Assembly (NCBI GenBank): GCA_030540655.1
Contig: JAUNVT010000001.1
Location: 1,815 to 65,814 of the forward strand
Reading direction: 5' to 3'
Length of the DNA stretch: 64,000 nucleotides
Source: Rhodobacterales bacterium
GTDB lineage: Bacteria > Pseudomonadota > Alphaproteobacteria > Rhodobacterales > Rhodobacteraceae
Positions 40,630-50,085 of the stretch are shown in pieces; the stretch's first letter is position 1; each line of letters begins with the position of its first letter. The position numbers and the translations under genes are program-made. The notes beneath the pieces are model-generated. The model did no database searches. It worked only from the letters and a program-made list of their open reading frames with translations, and was not told the DNA's origin.

Positions 40630-40725
40630 GGATTCGGCCAATCCGGCAAGCGATAGGACGCAGGTCTGGGCGCGCGTGTGATTCGCCCATGGATTCGCGC
40701 GGACATGAGGACGAAGGGACTGAGA

Positions 40726-42330
40726 ATGACGAATTACGTAAAGCTGATCTTGTTGGGACTGATCGCTTTCCTGGCTCTGATCGCCGCCAACTATGCCCGC
40801 GATCTGGCTTATCTGGTCAATGCGTTGACTATCGCGCTGGCCGCCGGGGCTGCTTTCCTGTGGGTTCTGCGCACAACGGACGAGCCTGCGGTACGGGTGG
40901 ATCTGTCGGGCGAATATATGGACGGCGTGATTCGCGCCGGGGCGATCGCGACCGCGCTTTGGGGCGTAGTCGGATTTCTGGTCGGCACATTCATTGCCTT
41001 CCAGCTTGCCTTTCCGTGGCTCAATTTCGAGAGTTTGCAAGGTATCGGCAATTTCGGTCGCCTGCGGCCCTTGCACACATCCGCGGTAATCTTCGCCTTT
41101 GGGGGCAACGCGCTGATCTGCACGTCCTTCTATGTCGTCCAGCGCACCAGCGCCGCGCGGCTCTGGGGCGGGAACCTGGCGTGGTTCGTATTCTGGGGCT
41201 ATCAGCTTTTCATCGTGCTCGCTGCCAGCGGCTATCTTCTGGGCGCTACCCAGTCCAAGGAATATGCCGAGCCGGAATGGTATGCCGATCTGTGGCTTAC
41301 CGTGATCTGGCTGTCCTATCTGGCGGTGTTTCTCGGCACCATCGTCAAGCGCCGCGAGCCGCATATCTACGTGGCCAACTGGTTTTACATGGCATTCATC
41401 ATCACGGTCGCGATGCTGCATGTGGTTAACAACCTGTCGATCCCGGTCAGCATCTTCGGCTCCAAATCGGTGCAGGTATTTTCCGGCGTGCAGGATGCGA
41501 TGACGCAGTGGTGGTATGGCCATAACGCGGTCGGTTTCTTCCTGACCGCCGGTTTCCTTGGGATGATGTATTACTTTGTGCCAAAACAGGCCGAACGTCC
41601 CGTCTACAGCTACAAGCTGTCCATCATCCACTTCTGGGCGCTGATCTTCATCTATATCTGGGCTGGTCCGCACCACTTGCACTATACGGCTCTGCCGGAC
41701 TGGGCGGCGACGCTTGGCATGGTGTTCTCGATCGTGCTGTGGATGCCGAGCTGGGGCGGCATGATCAACGGGCTGATGACGCTCTCGGGTGCCTGGGACA
41801 AGCTGCGCACCGATCCTATCATCCGGATGATGGTCATTTCCATCGGCTTTTACGGCATGTCCACCTTCGAGGGCCCGATGATGTCCATCCGCGCGGTCAA
41901 CTCTCTGTCACATTACACCGACTGGACAATCGGGCACGTTCATTCCGGCGCTCTGGGCTGGAACGGCATGATCACCTTCGGCGCGCTCTACTTCATGGTG
42001 CCGCGTTTATGGAACCGTGCAGGGCTTTATTCGCTGCGGCTGGTCAGCTGGCATTTCTGGCTCGCGACAATCGGCATCATCCTTTATGCCGCCTCCATGT
42101 GGGTCAGCGGCATCATGGAAGGGCTGATGTGGCGCGAAGTGGATGCCAACGGCTTCCTCGTGAACAGCTTTGCCGACACGGTTGCTGCCAAATTCCCGAT
42201 GAACGTGGTGCGCGGTATGGGCGGCGTGCTGTTCCTCGCGGGTGGGGTGGTGATGTGCTACAACCTTTACATGACCATTCGGCGAAGCCCGATCGTTGAG
42301 GCGACCAATTCCGTCGTCGCGGCAGAATAG
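40726..42330 (+). CDS. ccoN: cbb3-type cytochrome c oxidase subunit I
   Basis: A polytopic heme-copper oxidase core ([28 protein letters not shown]). The start was trimmed to [11 protein letters not shown]. Confidence 0.95.
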   Translation: MTNYVKLILLGLIAFLALIAANYARDLAYLVNALTIALAAGAAFLWVLRTTDEPAVRVDLSGEYMDGVIRAGAIATALWGVVGFLVGTFIAFQLAFPWLNFESLQGIGNFGRLRPLHTSAVIFAFGGNALICTSFYVVQRTSAARLWGGNLAWFVFWGYQLFIVLAASGYLLGATQSKEYAEPEWYADLWLTVIWLSYLAVFLGTIVKRREPHIYVANWFYMAFIITVAMLHVVNNLSIPVSIFGSKSVQVFSGVQDAMTQWWYGHNAVGFFLTAGFLGMMYYFVPKQAERPVYSYKLSIIHFWALIFIYIWAGPHHLHYTALPDWAATLGMVFSIVLWMPSWGGMINGLMTLSGAWDKLRTDPIIRMMVISIGFYGMSTFEGPMMSIRAVNSLSHYTDWTIGHVHSGALGWNGMITFGALYFMVPRLWNRAGLYSLRLVSWHFWLATIGIILYAASMWVSGIMEGLMWREVDANGFLVNSFADTVAAKFPMNVVRGMGGVLFLAGGVVMCYNLYMTIRRSPIVEATNSVVAAE

Positions 42331-42345
42331 GGAGGGGCTGGTAAA

Positions 42346-43071
42346 ATGGCACTTCTGGATAAACACCAGATCCTCGAACGGAACGTGACGTTGCTGGCCA
42401 TCTTCGCCTTTCTGGTGGTCAGCATCGGCGGGATCGTACAGATCGCACCACTTTTCTGGCTGGAAAATACCATTGAGGACGTGGAGGGCATGCGCCCCTA
42501 CTCCCCGCTGGAGTTGACCGGGCGGGACATTTATGTGCGCGAAGGCTGCTATGTCTGCCACAGCCAGATGATCCGCCCGATGCGCGATGAGGTCGAGCGG
42601 TATGGCCACTATTCGCTGGCTGCGGAATCGCAATATGACCATCCGTTCCAGTGGGGATCGAAACGCGCCGGGCCGGACCTTGCGCGTGTCGGCGGACGCT
42701 ATTCGGATGAATGGCACGTCGATCACCTTAAGGATCCGCAATCGGTCGTGCCGGAATCGCTGATGCCGAAATACGCCTTTCTGGCGGACCGGCTGATCGA
42801 TGGCCGTTATGTGGGCGATCTGCTGAAAACGCACCGCTTTGTCGGTGTGCCTTATGACGAGGCGATGATCGAAAATGCGGTCCTTGATTTCAAGGTTCAG
42901 GTCGATCCCGACAGCGATTACGACGATATGCTGGAACGTTATCCCGGCGCGCAGGTGCGCAACTTCGACGGGCAACCGGGAATTTCCGAAATGGACGCGC
43001 TGATCGCTTATCTGCAGATGCTGGGCACTCTTGTCGATTTTTCGACATTCACGCCTGACGCCAGCCGGTAA
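42346..43071 (+). CDS. ccoO: cbb3-type cytochrome c oxidase subunit II (monoheme)
   Basis: N-terminal anchor and heme site [11 protein letters not shown]. Confidence 0.95.
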   Translation: MALLDKHQILERNVTLLAIFAFLVVSIGGIVQIAPLFWLENTIEDVEGMRPYSPLELTGRDIYVREGCYVCHSQMIRPMRDEVERYGHYSLAAESQYDHPFQWGSKRAGPDLARVGGRYSDEWHVDHLKDPQSVVPESLMPKYAFLADRLIDGRYVGDLLKTHRFVGVPYDEAMIENAVLDFKVQVDPDSDYDDMLERYPGAQVRNFDGQPGISEMDALIAYLQMLGTLVDFSTFTPDASR

Positions 43072-43082
43072 GGGGAAATTCA

Positions 43083-43280
43083 GTGGAGAGATACACGTTC
43101 CTGCGTGCTTTTGCGGACAGCTGGATGTTGATCGTTCTTTTTGCGTTCTTCGTCGGTGTCTGCTTCTGGGTGTTTCGTCGCGGGTCAAAAAAATCCTATG
43201 ACGAGCAGTCGAAGATCCCGTTCCGGCACGAAGACAAACCCGCGCCCCCGCGCGCGGATGACCCCTCAGAGGAGGAGTGA
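43083..43280 (+). CDS. ccoQ: cbb3-type oxidase small subunit CcoQ
   Basis: It has a GTG start and a single helix, WMLIVLFAFFVGVCFWVF, and lies between ccoO and ccoP. Confidence 0.8.
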   Translation: MERYTFLRAFADSWMLIVLFAFFVGVCFWVFRRGSKKSYDEQSKIPFRHEDKPAPPRADDPSEEE

Positions 43281-44149
43281 TCAGTATGGCCAAGCCACCC
43301 AAGAAAACCAAGGACGATCCCCGCACAACCGGCCATGAGTGGGACGGAATTCAAGAGTTCGACAACCCCATGCCGCGCTGGTGGCTGTGGACCTTCTACG
43401 TCACGATCATCTGGGCCATCGGCTATTCCATCGCCTATCCGGCGTGGCCGGGTATCAAATCGGCGACCGCGGGCGTCTTGGGTTATTCCACGCGCGGGAA
43501 CGTCGCCAAGGACATCGCACGCGTCGAGGCATCGAACGAGGCGATCAACACGCGGCTGGCCTCCGCGGATCTGAACTCCATTGCGACCGACCCGGAGTTG
43601 GCGGGCTATGCCACATCGGCAGGCGCCGCCGTTTTCAAGACATGGTGCGCGCAGTGCCACGGGTCGGGCGCCGCGGGCGGGGTGGGGTATCCTAACCTTT
43701 TGGACAATGACTGGCTCTGGGGTGGCGATATCGAGTCGATCCATACCACGATCAAGCATGGTATCCGCAACGAAGATGATCCCGATGCCCGTTATTCGCA
43801 GATGCCCGCCTTTGTAGATATACTGGCGCGGGACGAGATCGAGCAGGTGGTGAACTACGTCATGTCTCTATCGCAGGAGCCGCAGGACGCGACCCTGGTC
43901 GAGGCGGGCGAGACGGTGTTCATGGATAATTGCGCTGCCTGCCACGGTGAGGATGCAACCGGCGACCGGGATCAGGGGGCGCCCAATCTGACCGACGCGA
44001 TCTGGCTCTACGGTGGTGACTACAAGACGATCAAGGAAACGGTGCAATACAGCCGCTTTGGGGTCATGCCACACTGGTCCGAACGTCTGAGCCCGGCAGA
44101 AATCGCTGCTGTCGCATCTTACGTCCATCAATTGGGCGGAGGCGAATAA
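43277..44149 (+). CDS. ccoP: cbb3-type cytochrome c oxidase subunit III (diheme)
   Basis: HEWDGIQEFDNPMPRWW and two heme sites, CAQCHG and CAACHG. Confidence 0.95.
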   Translation: MISMAKPPKKTKDDPRTTGHEWDGIQEFDNPMPRWWLWTFYVTIIWAIGYSIAYPAWPGIKSATAGVLGYSTRGNVAKDIARVEASNEAINTRLASADLNSIATDPELAGYATSAGAAVFKTWCAQCHGSGAAGGVGYPNLLDNDWLWGGDIESIHTTIKHGIRNEDDPDARYSQMPAFVDILARDEIEQVVNYVMSLSQEPQDATLVEAGETVFMDNCAACHGEDATGDRDQGAPNLTDAIWLYGGDYKTIKETVQYSRFGVMPHWSERLSPAEIAAVASYVHQLGGGE

Positions 44150-44164
44150 TTTTGTGATCCTGAA

Positions 44165-44190
44165 GATCCGCGCGACTTTCCGCGCGGATC
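44165..44190. terminator. Perfect GC-rich hairpin GATCCGCGCG-ACTTTC-CGCGCGGATC just after ccoP
   Basis: A 10-bp perfect stem. There is no T-run on the plus strand. AT-rich sequence lies on the other side, so it may act mainly as a stability or terminator element. Confidence 0.4.
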
Positions 44191-44680
44191 GTGGGACCTG
44201 ACGGAAACGCACGTTCTGCCGCGTCGCCGTGCTCCTATCAATGCGCATTCTTAAAAACCTGCCGAGGCGTCACGCTGTGCCACTGCTCATCATCGCCAAT
44301 CCGGCGGGCGGCATTCGGTCCGAGCAACTGCGGTGCAAAGACAGCCTTGCCGGCAAACACCGCCGAGGCTCTGTGCGGACTATGGAGGCTTTAAGCCTGC
44401 CTTCAGCAGTTGGCTATCGACGATGGTTTGCTCGCTGCCGCCACCTGGGCGCGCCGCGTGAGTAAATTTTTGATCCTCGCCTGCGGGAGGGGGGCATCGA
44501 TCGTATTTGTCTCGGCTGACGACGCGCGCACGGTCGTGGGCTGCGATGCGGGAGTGCGGGCGGCTGTCATGATAGATTTTGCAAAGATGTTGAACATGGT
44601 GCATTCCTTCCGCATACTGATGGTATTCTATATAAATAAGGCTTCCTCCGGAAAAGGGCGAGCGTTAAAGATTCAGGCCG

Positions 44681-44697
44681 TGTAAGGATGCCTTACA
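44681..44697. promoter_or_regulatory. 17-bp perfect palindrome TGTAAGG-ATG-CCTTACA containing a T-N11-A LysR-type motif and the likely SD of the lysR gene
   Basis: Direct reading. It ends 1 nt before the ATG at 44699, and the AGGA at 44685..44688 lies inside the left arm. Confidence 0.45.
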
Positions 44698-44698
44698 A

Positions 44699-45595
44699 AT
44701 GGATTGGCAAGCACTTCCACCTCTGACGGCATTGCGGGCCTTTGCCGCGCTCGCGCAGGAGGGGTCAGCCAGCGCGGCGGGAGCGCGGCTGAATGTCAGC
44801 CATGCCGCGATCAGCCAGCAGGTCAAGCAGCTGGAGGCGCATATGGGGCTGGCTCTTGCGCGCCGCGACGGCCGGGGGCTGGGCCTTACCCCGGAGGGGG
44901 CTGAGCTGGCCGAGGCGCTCGCCGAGGGTTTCGGGGTTATATCGCAGCGCGTCGCGGCCCTGACTGGCGCGGATGCACAACGTCCGTTACAGATTTCGGT
45001 GACGCCGCAATTTGCCGCAAGCTGGCTGATGCCGCGCCTGGGCGATTTTCAGGCGCATAATCCTGGAATCGATCTGATGGTGCATCCCTCGCCGCAGCGC
45101 GCCGATCCGGCACCCGGGGGCATCGATATTGCCATCCGTTTCGGTATGGGGCACTGGCCCGGCTTGCACGCCGAATTGCTGCTGCACACTGAAGTCGTCG
45201 TTGTAGCCGCGCCTTCGCTGGTTGGAGATCGGCAGTTCGATACGCATGAGGATTTGCTGGACTACCCGTGGCTCTCCGAGTTGCACGGCAGTTTCGCATC
45301 TGACTGGATGCTGCGGGGCGAGTTGTCCAGATTGCGCCGCACATCCGTTGTACAGGTGCCGGGCAACCTGATGCTGGATGGGGTCCGGGCCGGTCATGGC
45401 ATCGCGGTGCTGACATTCTCCTCTGTAGAAGCGGATGTGGCGGCAGGGCGGCTGCGCGTCCTTTTTAGCGAGGCGGGCGAGACGGGTTATTTCATCCTTA
45501 CACGGGAGGGGGTGATGCGGCCGCAGGCCAAGGCCTTTCTGCGCTGGCTGCGCGCCCAAAGGCCGCATGGCAAAGAAGGCGACGCGACGGTATGA
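44699..45595 (+). CDS. LysR-family transcriptional regulator (GcvA-like)
   Basis: N-terminal HTH LTALRAFAALAQEGSASAAGARLNVSHAAISQQVKQLE. Confidence 0.88.
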   Translation: MDWQALPPLTALRAFAALAQEGSASAAGARLNVSHAAISQQVKQLEAHMGLALARRDGRGLGLTPEGAELAEALAEGFGVISQRVAALTGADAQRPLQISVTPQFAASWLMPRLGDFQAHNPGIDLMVHPSPQRADPAPGGIDIAIRFGMGHWPGLHAELLLHTEVVVVAAPSLVGDRQFDTHEDLLDYPWLSELHGSFASDWMLRGELSRLRRTSVVQVPGNLMLDGVRAGHGIAVLTFSSVEADVAAGRLRVLFSEAGETGYFILTREGVMRPQAKAFLRWLRAQRPHGKEGDATV

Positions 45596-45614
45596 ACCCC
45601 CTGCGCCGCATGAG

Positions 45615-45628
45615 TTGATACACATCAA
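45615..45628. promoter_or_regulatory. Perfect FNR/FnrL box TTGAT-ACAC-ATCAA upstream of ccoG
   Basis: Exact consensus match, with its centre 68 nt upstream of the GTG start at 45690. Confidence 0.8.
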
Positions 45629-45689
45629 TGCAGCGCTTATCTACGCAGCGCACAACCTGCGGATCCCAAGCCCCCCGGAGATCAGTCAC

Positions 45690-47240
45690 GTGACCGACAC
45701 CCAGACAGATACACCGCCACCCAGCCTATATGCTGCGCGCGAGCCGATCTTTCCCAAGAAGGTCTACGGCAAGTTCCGTAATCTGAAATGGGTCATTCTG
45801 GCCGCTACTCTGGGTATCTATTACTTGTTCCCGTGGATCCGCTGGGATCGCGGTCCGCACCTGCCCGATCAGGCGGTGCTGGTGGATCTGGCGAACCGGC
45901 GCTTTTATTTCTTCTGGATCGAGATCTGGCCGCATGAATTCTATTTCGTTGCGGGTTTGCTGGTCATGGCGGGCCTGGGGCTCTTTCTCTTCACCTCGGC
46001 GCTGGGGCGCGTCTGGTGCGGGTATGCGTGTCCGCAAACCGTCTGGACTGACCTTTTCATGTTGGTCGAACGCTGGATCGAGGGAGATCGCAACGCGCGC
46101 CTGCGCCTGCACCGGCAGGAGAAGATGGACGCGCGCAAACTGCGCCTGCGGCTGACAAAATGGACGGTCTGGATGGCCATCGCGGTTGCGACGGGTGGGG
46201 CATGGGTTTTTTACTTCACCGATGCGCCGACGCTGCTGGTCGATCTGTTCACTCTGAATGCGCACCCGGTCGCCTATACGACGATCGGGATCCTGACCGC
46301 GACCACCTTCTTCTTCGGCGGCTTCGCGCGCGAGCAGATCTGTATCTATGCCTGCCCGTGGCCGCGTATCCAGTCTGCCATGCTCGACGAGGATACGCTG
46401 ACCGTCGGCTACCGCGAATGGCGCGGCGAGCCGCGCGGCAAGGGCAATGTACGCCGCAGATCGATGGAGCAGGCAATCGCCGCCGAAGACATGAGCTGGG
46501 CCGCCGGCCCCGGCAAGGCCGTCTATCCGCCTACCCCCTATCCGGGCATGCCATCGGGCATCAAAGGCATCACGGAAGGTCCCGGCGATTGCATTGATTG
46601 CATGGCTTGCGTCAACGTCTGCCCGATGGGCATTGACATCCGCGACGGCCAGCAGATGGAATGCATCACCTGCGCGCTTTGCATTGATGCCTGTGACGAG
46701 ATCATGGACAAGATCGGCAAGCCTCGCGGGTTGATCGATTACATGGCGCTGACCGATGAGCAGAGCGAGCGCGCGGGCAATCCGCCCAAGCCCATACTGC
46801 GCCATATCCTGCGGCCGCGCACGATCCTTTATACCTCGCTCTGGCTGGCTGTCGGCTTTGCTCTGGTCTTTGCGCTGTTCATCCGGCAGGATATCGACAT
46901 GACGGTGGCGCCCGTGCGCAACCCGACCTTCGTGACCATGGCCGATGGCACGATCCGCAATACCTACGAAGTGCGGCTGCTCAACAAGCATGGCGAGGCG
47001 CGCGACTATGTCCTTTCGGTCGCTGGCACTCCCGGGGTCCGGCTTGTGATCGAAGGCGCCGAGGGAGCCGAAGTGGAGGTGCCCGCTGATTCCACGTTGA
47101 ACCAGCGCGTGTATCTTGAGGCGTCCGGCGGCACCGCCCCAGCCACGTCCGAGCGCAGCGACGTGCGGATCTGGGTCGAGGATACAGAGAGCGGCGAGCG
47201 GGCTTACAAGGACACCATCTTTAACGGAAAGGGCCAGTAA
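45690..47240 (+). CDS. ccoG: cbb3 oxidase accessory protein CcoG (RdxB/FixG, 4Fe-4S ferredoxin-type)
   Basis: CGYACPQ, CIDCMACVNVCP and CITCALCIDAC are present. The GTG start follows GGAGA. The ORF-track start at 45567 overlaps lysR. Confidence 0.9.
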   Translation: MTDTQTDTPPPSLYAAREPIFPKKVYGKFRNLKWVILAATLGIYYLFPWIRWDRGPHLPDQAVLVDLANRRFYFFWIEIWPHEFYFVAGLLVMAGLGLFLFTSALGRVWCGYACPQTVWTDLFMLVERWIEGDRNARLRLHRQEKMDARKLRLRLTKWTVWMAIAVATGGAWVFYFTDAPTLLVDLFTLNAHPVAYTTIGILTATTFFFGGFAREQICIYACPWPRIQSAMLDEDTLTVGYREWRGEPRGKGNVRRRSMEQAIAAEDMSWAAGPGKAVYPPTPYPGMPSGIKGITEGPGDCIDCMACVNVCPMGIDIRDGQQMECITCALCIDACDEIMDKIGKPRGLIDYMALTDEQSERAGNPPKPILRHILRPRTILYTSLWLAVGFALVFALFIRQDIDMTVAPVRNPTFVTMADGTIRNTYEVRLLNKHGEARDYVLSVAGTPGVRLVIEGAEGAEVEVPADSTLNQRVYLEASGGTAPATSERSDVRIWVEDTESGERAYKDTIFNGKGQ

Positions 47241-47695
47241 TGGCGCAGCGAGAGATCACGGGACGCCATGTGCTGATGGGATTTGTCGCCTTTTTCGGCG
47301 TGATCATCGCCGTCAATCTGGTTCTGGCCTATAGCGCCGTCAGCACTTTTCCAGGGCTTGAAGTCGCCAATTCCTATGTCGCCAGTCAGGAATTCGATGA
47401 AAGACGCGACGCGCAGGAGGCGCTGGGATGGACTGTGGATGCGAGCCACCACGCAGGGATGCTTACCCTTGCCATCACCGGTGTGAACGGCGCCCCGGTC
47501 GAGGTGGCGGAGCTGGACGCGGTGTTGGGCCGTCCGACCCATGTGCGCGATGATGTCGCGCCTGATTTTGCCTTTGACGGCACGGCTTATCGCGCTCCGG
47601 TCGATCTGGCGCCGGGCAACTGGAACATCCGTATGACCGCACGCGCCGCGGACGGCACGGAATTTCAGCAGCGCGTGATCCTGCACAAACGATGA
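47240..47695 (+). CDS. ccoH: FixH/CcoH family protein
   Basis: ITGRHVLMGFVAFFGVIIAVNLVLAY, positioned between ccoG and ccoI. Confidence 0.85.
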   Translation: MAQREITGRHVLMGFVAFFGVIIAVNLVLAYSAVSTFPGLEVANSYVASQEFDERRDAQEALGWTVDASHHAGMLTLAITGVNGAPVEVAELDAVLGRPTHVRDDVAPDFAFDGTAYRAPVDLAPGNWNIRMTARAADGTEFQQRVILHKR

Positions 47696-49893
47696 CGGCC
47701 GAGCTGCGCCCTTCATTTTCCGCCTGCCCGGCCTGTGCGGCCGGTCCGGCCGCCTCAGATCTTGCCAGCAGGGACAAGGGCGGCAGCGGCGATGCCCGGC
47801 TGATGCTGTCTGTTCCGGGGGTTCATTGCGCAGCCTGTATCGCCAAGATCGAGCGGGGCCTGATGGCATGCCCCGGGGTCAGCGCCGCACGGGTGAACCT
47901 GACCTTGAAACGCGCCAGCATCACGGCAGCGCCCGAGATCGACGTGGATCAGATGATCGCGCTGGTGGAAGGCCTTGGGTATGAGGCGCACGAGCTTGAC
48001 GCCTCGGCCTTGCGGGCAACTGCCACCGATCAGGCAGGACGCGATCTGCTCATGCGCCTTGCTGTCGCGGGCTTTGCCAGCATGAACGTCATGCTGCTGT
48101 CGGTCGCCGTATGGTCGGGCGCAGCCGACGCCACGCGCGATATGTTCCATTGGATTTCCGCAGCGATTGCCCTGCCAACGATAGCCTTCTCCGGCCAGCC
48201 GTTTTTTCGCAATGCGTGGCATTCGCTGCGAAGCGGCAGGCTCAACATGGATGTGCCGATCACGCTGGCTATCCTGCTCGCCATTGGAACATCGCTCTGG
48301 GAAACAGCGCTCAGCGGACATCACGCTTATTTCGATGCCGCGCTGACTCTGGTGTTTTTCCTTTTGGCGGGGCGCTATCTGGATCACCGGACACGCGCCA
48401 TCGCCCGCTCGGCCGCCGAGGAGCTGACGGCGCTGGAGGTGCCCCGCGCATGGAGGCTGGAGGCGGGCGACGAGGTTCAGGTCGCCGTCGCGGAGTTGAG
48501 GCTGGGTGACTTGATCCGCGTGCGCCCGGGGGGCCGGATGCCCGTGGACGGCGTGATCACCGAAGGCACATCCGAGCTGGACCGATCGCTTCTGACGGGT
48601 GAGACAACGCCGGTCTTTGCGGCTGAGGGGCAGGCGGTGTCCGCCGGCGAGATGAACCTGACCGGCCCGCTGACCCTGCGCGCCACGGCGGTGGGTTCCG
48701 ATACATCCCTGCACCGCATGGCCGATCTGGTTGCGGTGGCCGAGGCGGGCCGCGCCAACTATACTTCCTTGGCAGACCGTGCGGCAAAACTCTATGCGCC
48801 GGGCGTGCATATCCTGTCGGCGCTGGCGTTTCTCGGCTGGCTCATCGGCACGGGCGACATGCGCACCGCGCTGAATATCGCGGCGGCGGTGCTGATCATC
48901 ACCTGCCCCTGCGCGCTGGGGCTGGCGGTTCCCGCCGTAACCACGGCAGCCAGCGGGCGCCTCTTCAAGCGCGGCATGCTGATCAAGGACGCCACAGCGC
49001 TGGAACGTCTGGCCGAGGTGGACACCGTTGTCTTCGACAAGACCGGCACGCTGACCACCGGAACCCCCACGCTGGAGGTGCCCGAGGCGCTGGAGCCGCA
49101 TGCGCTGGCCGTGGCGATGGCTCTGGCGGCGGGATCGTCCCATCCGCTGAGCCAGGCCATTTTGGCGGCTGCACAACAGCTTGGCATTGGTCCGGCGGAG
49201 GTGAAGAATATCAGTGAAGTGCCCGGCTACGGTACTGAAGGGATTTGGCAGGGGGGCCGCGTCCGCCTTGGACGCGCCAGTTGGACCGGCGCAGATGCGT
49301 TGGCGCAGACGGCAGCCTATTTGCAGATGGGGCAGGGTGCGCCGCTGGCGCTGACCTTCGCCGATACGCTGCGCCCCGGCGCGGCGGAGGCGGTGGCGGC
49401 GCTGAAGGATTCGGGCAAGCATGTGATGCTGATGTCTGGCGACAGCGCGCCAGTGGTTCAGGCGATGGCCGCCCGCCTCGGCATTCCCGAATGGGAGGCC
49501 GAGGCGCTCCCCCAGCACAAGGCCGCGCGCATAACGGCGTTGGCAGGCGAGGGGCATCATGTGCTTATGGTGGGGGACGGACTGAACGATACCGCCGCGC
49601 TGAGCGCCGCGCATGTCTCCATTTCGCCGGCCAGTGCGCTGGATGCGGCGCGCGCCGCGTCCGACATCGTGCTTCTGGGTGCCGATCTGTCGCCCATTGC
49701 AGATGCCTGCGCCATAGCCGAAAGCGCGACGCGCCGCATTCGCGAGAATTTTCAGATCGCAACTGTCTACAATGTCCTGGCGGTGCCGCTTGCCGTCGCG
49801 GGGCTTGCGACACCGTTGATCGCTGCATTGGCGATGTCCACCAGTTCGATCATCGTGTCGCTGAACGCCCTGCGGCTGAAAGGGCGGACGTGA
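47692..49893 (+). CDS. ccoI: Copper-translocating P-type ATPase CcoI/FixI
   Basis: HMA-like CAACIAKIE, the CPC motif (ITCPCALGLA), DKTGTLT and GDGLNDT. Confidence 0.93.
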   Translation: MTAELRPSFSACPACAAGPAASDLASRDKGGSGDARLMLSVPGVHCAACIAKIERGLMACPGVSAARVNLTLKRASITAAPEIDVDQMIALVEGLGYEAHELDASALRATATDQAGRDLLMRLAVAGFASMNVMLLSVAVWSGAADATRDMFHWISAAIALPTIAFSGQPFFRNAWHSLRSGRLNMDVPITLAILLAIGTSLWETALSGHHAYFDAALTLVFFLLAGRYLDHRTRAIARSAAEELTALEVPRAWRLEAGDEVQVAVAELRLGDLIRVRPGGRMPVDGVITEGTSELDRSLLTGETTPVFAAEGQAVSAGEMNLTGPLTLRATAVGSDTSLHRMADLVAVAEAGRANYTSLADRAAKLYAPGVHILSALAFLGWLIGTGDMRTALNIAAAVLIITCPCALGLAVPAVTTAASGRLFKRGMLIKDATALERLAEVDTVVFDKTGTLTTGTPTLEVPEALEPHALAVAMALAAGSSHPLSQAILAAAQQLGIGPAEVKNISEVPGYGTEGIWQGGRVRLGRASWTGADALAQTAAYLQMGQGAPLALTFADTLRPGAAEAVAALKDSGKHVMLMSGDSAPVVQAMAARLGIPEWEAEALPQHKAARITALAGEGHHVLMVGDGLNDTAALSAAHVSISPASALDAARAASDIVLLGADLSPIADACAIAESATRRIRENFQIATVYNVLAVPLAVAGLATPLIAALAMSTSSIIVSLNALRLKGRT

Positions 49894-50048
49894 ATATTCT
49901 TGTCTATCTCATCCCCATATCGATCTTCCTGGGAGGGGTGGGGCTGGCGGGTTTTCTCTATACCCTGAGAAGCAATCAGTATGACGATCCGGAAGGTGAC
50001 AGCCGCCGTATCCTGTCGGACGAATGGGACGACCGCCCCAAGCCTTGA
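49890..50048 (+). CDS. ccoS: cbb3 oxidase maturation protein CcoS/FixS
   Basis: The GTG in a GTGA overlap with ccoI starts a 52-aa product, NILVYLIPISIFLGGVGLAGFLYTLRSNQYDDPEGD. It is hidden in the tail of track ORF 49245..50048. Confidence 0.85.
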   Translation: MNILVYLIPISIFLGGVGLAGFLYTLRSNQYDDPEGDSRRILSDEWDDRPKP

Positions 50049-50085
50049 GAGCCGCGATGGCCTGCATGCGCCGCACCTCGGAGGC

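Noticed and set aside
44403-44615. A 70-codon ORF divergent from lysR, considered as a feature call
   Set aside because: It has no recognisable family, only moderate third-position GC and no clear SD. An overlapping 74-codon ORF in another frame is equally plausible. I kept it as a finding to be tested rather than as an annotated gene.
47755-49614. A 619-aa ORF antisense to ccoI
   Set aside because: The plus strand carries unmistakable P-type ATPase motifs (CPC, DKTGTLT, GDGLNDT). The antisense product is low-complexity and Arg/Gly/Ala-rich, typical of high-GC shadow frames.
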